From a virus (taxonomy: Duplodnaviria > Caudoviricetes): a stretch of DNA of 24,005 nt. Where the stretch lies: IMG/VR virus record IMGVR_UViG_3300016474_000337, positions 1 to 24,005 of that record. The stretch is one strand, 5' to 3'. Under the pieces are notes generated by a model, which searched no databases, was not told the origin of the DNA, and worked only from the letters and a program-made list of their open reading frames with translations. Below, piece after piece: positions 17,222 to 24,005 of the stretch (positions within the stretch are counted from its first letter, which is position 1; each line of letters opens with the position of its first letter). Position numbers and translations under genes: made by a program.

Positions 17222-17244
17222 GTCAATTTCAACCGCTTTGGTAG
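17222..17244 (+). promoter_or_regulatory. Conserved late-gene motif, copy 4
   Basis: GTCAATTTC aacc GCT ttgg TAG, 4 nt before ATG 17249. Confidence 0.75.
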
Positions 17245-17248
17245 GCAC

Positions 17249-18550
17249 ATGGCCCGCTCCCTATATTTTCGAGCAGACGCTTCCGACCCGGCTTCCGCGC
17301 TTGTCCGCGATGAGTTGCGAAATGCGGCGGCTCCGAAGCCCGTTTTCGTGTTAGGCGACACGGCGGACATCAACCTTTACGTGGTAGATGGCGCGGGCGG
17401 CTTCGATGCTGACAGCGGAAGCGCAACCGTTACGCCTTGGTTAGCAATCGGCACGCCCGGCGCGGCCCCTACCGGCGGCACGTTTTGGCTAGGCGTTTCG
17501 TCGGCCACGTCGGGGACGCTGCATAACGGTTCGCGGTATTACATCCAAGATTACCAAGCCGGGGACGACTTCACAAACGTAGGCGCGACAACAAACGAAA
17601 CGGGCGAGATTTTCACGAAGAACAACGGCACTCCGACTAGCTGGGCAAACGGTTCAACGCTAGTCGAAATCACAACCGACGTTGCCTATTCCGCAACAGC
17701 GGCCACCTTGCTTGCGGCTCTTGAGGCTACGGAAGCAATCACGACGGGGGCAGTCACCGTTACAAAAAGCGGTGACGCCCCCGTCTGGAAAGTGGAGTGG
17801 ACGACAACCGGGAACAAGTCCGCGCTGATTGGCGGCGGCTCTGGCCTTACTCCCGCGTCATCCGTTGTCGTTTCAACCATTAGGGCAGGCACGTCAACCG
17901 TAACCGAGCAGCAACTTATTCGGCTTTCGCAGCAACCCTACGCACTCCAAACGACGTGGAGCCAGATTTCAAATGGATGGAATGCGGAGCTTGACCTTAA
18001 CACTCGCGGCTTGCTTGAGGCGTTGGACGGCGCGGCAAGCGTGCCCCTGACGCTTGAATTGCAACTTGTTGACGGCTCCAATAACATCCGCACCGTCGGG
18101 CAGGTTGATTGCATCGTGCGGCATGAAGTGGTTGACGAGGAAGCAACCATTCCGACTCCGCTACCATCCTATTTGACCGCAGCCGAAACGCGGGCAGAGG
18201 CAAGCGCGACAACGACGAATTCGACGCAGACAACGCTTGCCTACACGACCGGCAACGGCACGCTTGACGCCAACTCCACGGTTGCCTTCTACGGAATTGT
18301 AACAGCCCGGCGCACGGACGCGGATGGAGAAAACGACGGCTTTGAGTTCAAGGGATTGATTTACAGAAATGCACTTGCGTCTAGCACTACGCTTGCTGCG
18401 TTGCAAATGAACCAGATTGGCGCGACAGCTTGGAGCGTGGACGTGCAAGCCGACACCACAAACGGCGCAATCTTAATCAAAGTGACTGGCGCAACCTCGA
18501 AAACAATCTCTTGGAAAGCGCACCTTTACAAAACCGCAGTTGCCGAATGA
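17249..18550 (+). CDS. Putative virion structural protein (fibre / baseplate attachment)
   Basis: 433 aa, Thr/Ala/Gly-rich, multi-domain and beta-rich; first gene after motif copy 4. Confidence 0.6.
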   Translation: MARSLYFRADASDPASALVRDELRNAAAPKPVFVLGDTADINLYVVDGAGGFDADSGSATVTPWLAIGTPGAAPTGGTFWLGVSSATSGTLHNGSRYYIQDYQAGDDFTNVGATTNETGEIFTKNNGTPTSWANGSTLVEITTDVAYSATAATLLAALEATEAITTGAVTVTKSGDAPVWKVEWTTTGNKSALIGGGSGLTPASSVVVSTIRAGTSTVTEQQLIRLSQQPYALQTTWSQISNGWNAELDLNTRGLLEALDGAASVPLTLELQLVDGSNNIRTVGQVDCIVRHEVVDEEATIPTPLPSYLTAAETRAEASATTTNSTQTTLAYTTGNGTLDANSTVAFYGIVTARRTDADGENDGFEFKGLIYRNALASSTTLAALQMNQIGATAWSVDVQADTTNGAILIKVTGATSKTISWKAHLYKTAVAE

Positions 18551-19473
18551 AAACCTTTCTCGCACTCCTAATTAGCTGCCTGACGCTTTCGGCAGCGACG
18601 ACTTACCCGGTATTGACTGACAGCACGAACCGGCTTTTTCCCGGCGGGCTAACAAACGTGTTCATTCTCAATTCCAACATTGTCACCACCGGGACAATGC
18701 GGGCGACTGGGGTGCTTACGTTGACCAATTCCAGCAATGTGTTTGCGGGCAATGGGAGTGGATTAACTGGGGTTGGGGCAGGGACAAACGGACCCCTCTT
18801 AAATGGCACTAACATTTGGACCGGAACGAATACTTTTACAGGAAGGCTCAAATCCTCGGGCGCAATTGTTGGAAGAACTTCGGCTGAAGGCTCTGCTGGC
18901 AATGCGGTGACCTATGGAATCGGAAGCGAAGCGACTGGCTTTTATGACTTTGCGGCTGGTTACATCGCCGTATCTTCTTCTGGAAGTGCAAAGCAAGTAT
19001 TCGGAGCGGCTGTTGCCATTGATTCAGCAGTTGGATTGGGTTGGTCAACTAGCGTCACCACGGTTGGGGTTGACGTAAATTTTAACCGGGTATCTGCCGG
19101 GCTTTTAGAGTTGAACAATGGAACCACCGGACAATACCGAGACCTGATTGCCCGCTCGCTTTACACAACCAACCTTTACGCAACCAACCTCACTGTAAAC
19201 GGCGGCGCGACGGTAACAAAAATCCTGTCAGCTACGGCAACGCTCAACTTTGACCTAACCGCGTTGACGGTTGAAGATTTGACAATAACTGTAACCGGCG
19301 CAGCGGACGGCGATGTTGTGTCGCTTGGTGTCCCTAATGGCAGCGTGACGACTTCGGTTCAATATACAGCTTGGGTGTCCGCCGCTGATACCGTAACCGT
19401 TCGCGCTCGCACGTCTGCCACAGGTGAAAACCCGGCAAGCGGCACGTTTCGAGCAACCGTAATCAAACATTGA
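18547..19473 (+). CDS. Fibre-like Thr/Gly/Asn-rich protein with N-terminal signal peptide
   Basis: ATG 18547 (ATGA overlap); MKTFLALLISCLTLSAA; GNGSGLTGV and GTNIWTGTNTFTG fibre-like motifs; C-terminal ITVTGAADGDVVSLG...AWVSAADTVTVR domain. Confidence 0.65.
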   Translation: MKTFLALLISCLTLSAATTYPVLTDSTNRLFPGGLTNVFILNSNIVTTGTMRATGVLTLTNSSNVFAGNGSGLTGVGAGTNGPLLNGTNIWTGTNTFTGRLKSSGAIVGRTSAEGSAGNAVTYGIGSEATGFYDFAAGYIAVSSSGSAKQVFGAAVAIDSAVGLGWSTSVTTVGVDVNFNRVSAGLLELNNGTTGQYRDLIARSLYTTNLYATNLTVNGGATVTKILSATATLNFDLTALTVEDLTITVTGAADGDVVSLGVPNGSVTTSVQYTAWVSAADTVTVRARTSATGENPASGTFRATVIKH

Positions 19474-19475
19474 AA

Positions 19476-19895
19476 ATGAAAACCATCCTTGCACTACTCG
19501 CTTCCGTATCGCTCTGCCTAGCCGCCGAGCCTGTCGTTGTCGTTCAGTCAGCAACGCTTGTTACGGTTGACGGCGTTGATTCTGGCAAGCCAGCCGACAC
19601 CATCCGCAACCGGCCTGAGCTTGCGTCCGCCGTTCAGCGTGCGCTCGAAACTTGGGCGGCTTCCGAGGCTGCCAAGCTGGCTAAAGCGCAATCCGACTTA
19701 GCTGCCGCGCTTGCCCGCCGTTCCGAATTGGTGAACCTTGCCAAAGCCAAGCTGGCAGAATTGCCAGCCGAGGCGAGGGCTATCGTTTCAAACGTAGTCG
19801 CGCAAGCCGAGTTGCCGGAAAAGGAAGCGCAGCGGGCGCGGATTGCCGCTGAGATTGCGGCCAAGCAGGCTGAACTCAACAAACTTGCACCATGA
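19476..19895 (+). CDS. Secreted-type Ala-rich coiled-coil protein
   Basis: MKTILALLASVSLCLAAEP signal peptide-like start; helical C-terminal two thirds. Confidence 0.65.
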   Translation: MKTILALLASVSLCLAAEPVVVVQSATLVTVDGVDSGKPADTIRNRPELASAVQRALETWAASEAAKLAKAQSDLAAALARRSELVNLAKAKLAELPAEARAIVSNVVAQAELPEKEAQRARIAAEIAAKQAELNKLAP

Positions 19896-20125
19896 ACGAC
19901 AAAGCCAAAATTCTCTTTGACCTTCGCGCTTGGCTTTACATGGGGATTGCGACCGGCAGCGCATTCTTGGTCCAAACCGAAGCTCTTGAGCATTGGGGCG
20001 ACTGGACTTCGCTTGAATGGTTCCGCACGGGAATTGGTGCGCTGATAAGTGGGGCGACTGCCTTGCGGGCCTACGTTGACCAAAGTATTTCTAAACGTGA
20101 AAACGAAAACACTCCTAGCCCTTAG
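19892..20125 (+). CDS. Putative holin
   Basis: 77 aa, two hydrophobic segments (AWLYMGIATGSAFLV; TGIGALISGATALRAYV) and a charged tail. Confidence 0.55.
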   Translation: MNDKAKILFDLRAWLYMGIATGSAFLVQTEALEHWGDWTSLEWFRTGIGALISGATALRAYVDQSISKRENENTPSP

Positions 20126-20711
20126 CCTTATTTTGTCGCTGGCAGGCTGCGCGACGGTCCAGCCCAATAGCCAGCTGCCCCTAGTTAGAACGGAGCAGAC
20201 GCTAACCGTTGCGCTTGCTGCCGTTGACTCCTTCTTGTCCTTTGAGTTCAGACGCCGGGCAGACGTGCCAAAAGAAGTGCAAGAGATAGCCTCCCGCGTG
20301 CGTGGCAAGGCCATTGGCGCGTTTGAAAGCGCGAACCGTCTCCGCATAGCATACAAAGTAAATCGCAACGCCAAAAACGAAGCGGACTTGATGACGGCAC
20401 TTGCTGCCGTTGACGCATTGGTTGGCGAGGTGCGCGTTTGGGTTCCCAAGGCGACGGCTGGAAATACTAATCAGCGCGGAATTAGTAGCACGTTAGCACT
20501 TGAGCAGGAAGCTGAGTCTAGCCGCACCATTTCAACTGGTTCTTGGGTTGCCTTGGTTCCCGTGTTTGTGGACCTAGCTCGCGAGGTTTACGTCATGGTC
20601 AACAAAGCCCGTGACGCCGCAAAACAGAATGCGGAATGGGATTTAGCTGCCGAGGAAGCATTTGCCGCAAAGCTCTCGGCTGTCAAAACTGCGGCGCATT
20701 GGAAAGGATAA
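20097..20711 (+). CDS. Lipoprotein, spanin candidate
   Basis: GTG 20097 gives MKTKTLLALSLILSLAG-C (LAGC lipobox); helical body; hydrophobic segment SWVALVPVFV near the C-terminus. Confidence 0.65.
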   Translation: MKTKTLLALSLILSLAGCATVQPNSQLPLVRTEQTLTVALAAVDSFLSFEFRRRADVPKEVQEIASRVRGKAIGAFESANRLRIAYKVNRNAKNEADLMTALAAVDALVGEVRVWVPKATAGNTNQRGISSTLALEQEAESSRTISTGSWVALVPVFVDLAREVYVMVNKARDAAKQNAEWDLAAEEAFAAKLSAVKTAAHWKG

Positions 20712-20715
20712 GCAA

Positions 20716-20859
20716 ATGACAGGCTCTGACTTCGGAAAGTTTGGAGACGACAAATTTTGGAAAATTGTCGCTGCGCTTTGCATTACCGGAGCTGCCAGCG
20801 TTATTGGAGCGGTTGGCTTTGGCGTTTATTGGCTAATCAAACACGTAACGATTCAATGA
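20716..20859 (+). CDS. Small single-pass membrane protein
   Basis: 47 aa from ATG 20716; IVAALCITGAASVIGAVGFGVYWLI. Confidence 0.65.
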   Translation: MTGSDFGKFGDDKFWKIVAALCITGAASVIGAVGFGVYWLIKHVTIQ

Positions 20860-21080
20860 GCGAACAGATTCAAAGAGTCGGCAAGGGCGTCGTATTTTGG
20901 AGCGGAGTGCTAGGCGTTTGTGCGTCCGTTGCTTCCACTTGGCTAATCCTTCCGCAGCGCATGGAAGCCGTGGAGAAGCGGCAGGTTGCGATGGAAGCCA
21001 AGTCTGCCACTGACCGAGAGCTACTTGTCCGAATTGAGGAAAGACTGAAGCAGGTTCAAGACGAACTCCGCCGCAAATGA
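20856..21080 (+). CDS. Membrane-anchored coiled-coil protein (lysis accessory candidate)
   Basis: 74 aa from ATG 20856 (ATGA overlap); N-terminal TM segment, then ELLVRIEERLKQVQDEL. Confidence 0.65.
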   Translation: MSEQIQRVGKGVVFWSGVLGVCASVASTWLILPQRMEAVEKRQVAMEAKSATDRELLVRIEERLKQVQDELRRK

Positions 21081-21580
21081 AGATTCCGTTTCTTGAGTTT
21101 CAGATGCGCGTCGCGCAGATTTTCCCCGACGCGAAGGCTCAAGACATCGCGCCCGCGCCTTACGTTCACGTCTATGATGAGCGATGGCTTCAGGAGGAAT
21201 TCTGGCCTTACTTTTGCGAGGTAAAGCGCGTGCTAAACGAGCGGATAAAAGCCCGCCCAATGAAGAACAATGCGAGGCGAGGAATCTGCGATGAAATCAA
21301 TAAACGCATGATTTGCGAGCTGACGCTTGCGACGCGCATCCGTTACGAGGACGAAGACGTTGGCCCGGGTGTGGTTGAATCAACTGTGCGAATCACTGAC
21401 GCCCCGCTGAATTTGGTTCCCGACGGCTGGCACCGTTGCGCTATTGCCGCCGTCACAAAGGATGGCGTAAATTGGCGTCCGGTGTTCATCGAATCGCAGC
21501 TTTCTTATGCACAATATCAAACGACTGATTTGCTGGACGCTGCTGGTTTTGGCGTTCAGCTACACGAGCATTTCGTGTAA
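21077..21580 (+). CDS. Hypothetical protein, possible transglutaminase/papain-like Cys hydrolase
   Basis: 167 aa; GICDEI...GWHRCAIAAV...VFIESQ spacing recalls DCDDF...HA...FIEPQ proteins. Confidence 0.45.
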   Translation: MKIPFLEFQMRVAQIFPDAKAQDIAPAPYVHVYDERWLQEEFWPYFCEVKRVLNERIKARPMKNNARRGICDEINKRMICELTLATRIRYEDEDVGPGVVESTVRITDAPLNLVPDGWHRCAIAAVTKDGVNWRPVFIESQLSYAQYQTTDLLDAAGFGVQLHEHFV

Positions 21581-21628
21581 AACTTCATCGGCTGACCGGG
21601 TGACATTGCCCATTCCCCCAGCAGCCAA

Positions 21629-22492
21629 ATGAAAACATCCGGCCTCTTTACCGCGCACAGCCAAACTATCCCGGTGACGTATGGCGTTCCGCTGCGTATC
21701 GTTTTCTTTGGAGATGTTCACCGCGATAGCCCGGCGCACGCTGAGACCAAGTGGCAAAGGTTTTTGCAATACGCACGCGGGCTGAAAGACGCTTGGTTTT
21801 TTGGGATGGGAGATTACTTGGACAGCACCAGCACAAGCGAGCGCGAATGCCTTGGCAGCATTTCGTCAAAGATGCACGAAACGTTTGCCACTGACATTGA
21901 ACAATTACAACTTGCCAAGTGTGAGCTAATCGCCAAGGAGCTTTCATTCATGAAGGGGCGAATCATTGGCCTGTTAAACGGGAACCATTATTTCGAGTTC
22001 AAGAATCGGACCAACAGTGACCAAAAGATTGCAGAGCTTCTAGGGGCGCATTACTTGGGCGTTTGCACGTTGACCCGGCTTTACTTTTCGGCAAGCGGCA
22101 GATACACGGCTCGCGATTTGTTCGCGCATCATGGCGCGGGGGCAGCGCGGCTTGTCGGCGGCAGCATAAACCGCGTGCAACAAATGGCGGAGGGGGTTGA
22201 GGCAGACATTTACGCGATGGGGCACGACCACAAGCGGGCAGCCGTGCCAGCGCAGCCGCGCCTGTTTCTCAATTCTTCGGACAAGAATGGACTGCGGATA
22301 GAGCAACGCGAGCCGGTGGTTTTGCGAACTGGTTCATTTCTCGCCAGCTATCAACCGGGACACGTTAATTACAACGTGGACGCCTGCCGACCGCCGTCAT
22401 CGCTTGGACACGTAGAGGTTGAAATCACGCTTCACCGAAAGCGGAGCAACGGAGGCGCGGTTGTCGAAGTGGAGACACGGACAATCTCCTGA
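21629..22492 (+). CDS. Calcineurin-like metallophosphoesterase
   Basis: All five motifs present: GDVH, GDYLD, GNH, HHG, GHDH. Confidence 0.9.
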   Translation: MKTSGLFTAHSQTIPVTYGVPLRIVFFGDVHRDSPAHAETKWQRFLQYARGLKDAWFFGMGDYLDSTSTSERECLGSISSKMHETFATDIEQLQLAKCELIAKELSFMKGRIIGLLNGNHYFEFKNRTNSDQKIAELLGAHYLGVCTLTRLYFSASGRYTARDLFAHHGAGAARLVGGSINRVQQMAEGVEADIYAMGHDHKRAAVPAQPRLFLNSSDKNGLRIEQREPVVLRTGSFLASYQPGHVNYNVDACRPPSSLGHVEVEITLHRKRSNGGAVVEVETRTIS

Positions 22493-22511
22493 CTTAAAAC
22501 ACAATTCAACC

Positions 22512-22539
22512 TTGCCAGCCGCCAAACGCGGGGCAATCT
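22512..22539 (+). promoter_or_regulatory. Possible sigma70-like promoter
   Basis: TTGCCA-N16-CAATCT, 12 nt before ATG 22552. Confidence 0.35.
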
Positions 22540-22551
22540 TGCCGCCCTTTT

Positions 22552-22743
22552 ATGAAAATCACCGTCCAACTTACCAGTCACGCAGAGGCCGAACGCGGAG
22601 AAACTGAGCGCATGGCCGAAGTCTTTCACGTTGAATTCAAGCGCAACGGGCAGGCCAGAGACGCTTTCCTTCGCAACGTTGCCGCGCATATCCGCTCGCT
22701 TGCGGAAGCCCATAACGCGAAGTTTGATGAGGAGCATAAATGA
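22552..22743 (+). CDS. Hypothetical protein
   Basis: 63 aa; ATGA overlap with the next gene. Confidence 0.65.
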   Translation: MKITVQLTSHAEAERGETERMAEVFHVEFKRNGQARDAFLRNVAAHIRSLAEAHNAKFDEEHK

Positions 22744-22946
22744 ACGCGCACGTTTTGTTTCACGGGTTTTCCGTTCCGCTGATTGGGGTTGACCGAGAAA
22801 GCGCGTTGAACGAATGCGATGATTGCCACAAAGAATTTGACACCTTGCAAATGCGGCTCACGCCTGACGGGCATTTTCGGTGCGACAGGTGCGCGAAGCA
22901 TGACGCAAAGCAATATCAGCCAGCCTTAACCAAAAGCCTTGCATGA
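22740..22946 (+). CDS. Small zinc-ribbon protein
   Basis: CDDC...CDRC. Confidence 0.65.
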   Translation: MNAHVLFHGFSVPLIGVDRESALNECDDCHKEFDTLQMRLTPDGHFRCDRCAKHDAKQYQPALTKSLA

Positions 22947-22985
22947 TTAGCTTCGCTGCAATCTTTACGAAACGCGATTTTGCTA

Positions 22986-23013
22986 TTTACTCGGGCCGGG
23001 ATGGGAGTAGGGT
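22986..23013 (+). promoter_or_regulatory. Putative sigma70-like promoter (leaderless type)
   Basis: TTTACT-N16-TAGGGT-N6-ATG (23020). Confidence 0.55.
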
Positions 23014-23019
23014 TGGGGC

Positions 23020-23187
23020 ATGAAAACGAACGAGACGACGCTAAAGCAAAACGTAGAGCTGATGGCAAAGCAAGAAGGCAAAACCCCTTTGGAAATTATT
23101 TCAATGCTTCAGTCTGGAGCCGTGATTTCTAAAAATGAAGCACTGCTTGACGCCTTGTGCGAACTTAAGTGGGATTACATTGGCTGA
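23020..23187 (+). CDS. Small helical protein, 55 aa (not in the ORF track)
   Basis: MKTNETTLKQNVELMAKQEGKTPLEIISMLQSGAVISKNEALLDALCELKWDYIG; directly follows the promoter-like motif. Confidence 0.7.
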   Translation: MKTNETTLKQNVELMAKQEGKTPLEIISMLQSGAVISKNEALLDALCELKWDYIG

Positions 23188-23211
23188 CACTACTTTTTCA
23201 GAACACTTTAT

Positions 23212-23379
23212 GAGCGCGTGGCGAAACTGGAAGACGCAACCATGCACGGACAAACTGTCAAAGAGCCGTGATATCGTGGTGCAATCAAGTGATGACAGGT
23301 GCAACGATGCAAAGGCATGAGCGATAGCATCTCAACTGCTCAAGAACTTGGCGTGAAGGTTCAAATCCTTCCGCGCTCT
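23212..23379 (+). ncRNA. Elongated tRNA-like RNA (Leu-type D and T arms, no canonical anticodon loop)
   Basis: Acceptor GAGCGCG/CGCGCTC, TG linker, D arm GCG-AAACTGGAAGA-CGC, T arm GAAGG-TTCAAAT-CCTTC, discriminator T, no encoded CCA; 116 nt between D and T arms. Confidence 0.8.
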
Positions 23380-23393
23380 TTAACATGATTTTT

Positions 23394-23570
23394 CCCCGCC
23401 AATCTGACACCATCATCCGCAAGGATGCCGCAGATTCGCCCGGCTCTTGTGAGTCTAGGGGTGAGCGTGGGACGACTCCCGGCGGGCCAAAAACGGCCCC
23501 ACCTAGTAGTATGGGATGGAACAAAGCCGGGAGGAAATTTAAAGCACTCGGATATCTTCAGCGGCGCGGG
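23394..23570 (+). ncRNA. Candidate second structured ncRNA
   Basis: AATCTG/CAGATT around CATCC-GCAA-GGATG; CCCGGCT.TTGT/ACAAAGCCGGG around CTAGG/CCTAG, GGGA/TCCC and GGGCC/GGCCC. Confidence 0.5.
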
Positions 23571-23622
23571 TTGTATTACCGGCGCACTGGTGGTTACTGG
23601 CGAAACTTAACCATGACACAAA

Positions 23623-23760
23623 ATGAACATTGACCTAATCATCGGCATGATTGTCGGCGCGAGCTTTACAGGCGTGATTAGCTCCCTGCTCTGGATGGCG
23701 AGGGACCGCATTCAAGGGCCGTTGCCAACGAATGAGGACTGGCCGGAGGACGGGAAATGA
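23623..23760 (+). CDS. Small membrane protein, 45 aa (not in the ORF track)
   Basis: MNIDLIIGMIVGASFTGVISSLLWMARDRIQGPLPTNEDWPEDGK; ATGA overlap with the gene at 23757. Confidence 0.6.
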   Translation: MNIDLIIGMIVGASFTGVISSLLWMARDRIQGPLPTNEDWPEDGK

Positions 23761-23966
23761 CTAAGACGGCTTTATATACAGCCGTAGCGGCTTTGGCGTG
23801 CGTATCAAACGCAACAAGGTTGCCGCGCATTGGCTGGCGCGGCGAGGTCGGGATTCCGATTGGCGCAGGCACAGAAGAAGGCCAAATTTTTACCGACAGC
23901 GCCGGGAGAAAGTATACTAAAGACAAACGAGGAACCGTCCGCCGTTGCAGGGAGGACAAACAATGA
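23757..23966 (+). CDS. Hypothetical protein
   Basis: 69 aa, hydrophobic N-terminus; ATGA overlaps at both ends. Confidence 0.6.
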   Translation: MTKTALYTAVAALACVSNATRLPRIGWRGEVGIPIGAGTEEGQIFTDSAGRKYTKDKRGTVRRCREDKQ

Positions 23967-24005
23967 TTCCAAAGTCTTCGCGGTTCAAATGCGAACGGTG
24001 CGGCT
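23963..24005 (+). CDS. Partial CDS with CxxC (runs off the window)
   Basis: MIPKSSRFKCERCG...; ATGA overlap with the previous stop. Confidence 0.5.
   Translation, partial: MIPKSSRFKCERCG

Noticed and set aside
15184-19473. Diversity-generating retroelement or invertible fibre cassette
   Set aside because: No reverse transcriptase, recombinase, template/variable repeat pair or flanking inverted repeats seen.
19634-20449. 271-aa minus-strand ORF and other long antisense ORFs (e.g. 4708-5343, 13055-13639)
   Set aside because: Shadows of GC-rich, Ala-rich + strand genes; no motifs.
23212-23379. Call as an ordinary tRNA-Leu, tmRNA or intron-containing tRNA
   Set aside because: No U33-anticodon-purine loop at the expected place, no G3-U70 or tag region, and no recognisable group I core.
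23135-23633. ORFs 23135-23320 +, 23285-23524 -, 23385-23633 +, 23425-23610 +
   Set aside because: They cross the tRNA-like and structured elements; better-coupled small genes exist at 23020 and 23623.
1-24005. CRISPR array, IS element, intein or stop-codon reassignment
   Set aside because: No regularly spaced repeats or transposase motifs; terminase and portal are normal length; genes tile fully under the standard code with all three stops in use.

Overview
The window is the morphogenesis and lysis arm of a tailed dsDNA phage or prophage with a siphovirus-like gene order, almost all on the + strand. In order it holds a lambda-type terminase pair, a DUF3310-like gene, an adaptor, a lambda-type portal, a fused HK97-type protease/major capsid gene, a likely decoration protein, and a glycosyltransferase-FkbM methyltransferase fusion. 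Then come head-tail and tail genes with a short tape measure protein, tail-tip/fibre-like genes, a membrane/lysis cluster with no recognisable endolysin, a metallophosphoesterase and small genes. Five features stand out. (1) A 168-nt tRNA-like element with intact acceptor, D and T arms but a 116-nt structured middle, followed by a second structured element. (2) An inverted insert in the tail module carrying an adenylation-domain-only ATP-dependent ligase beside about 450 nt of strongly paired non-coding sequence. (3) A 23-bp motif, GTCAATTTC-N4-GCY-N4-TAG, in front of four structural gene blocks. (4) Two matching leaderless-type promoters. (5) Signal peptides on fibre-like and late proteins. 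All family calls come from motif recognition and synteny by eye; no database search or folding program was run.
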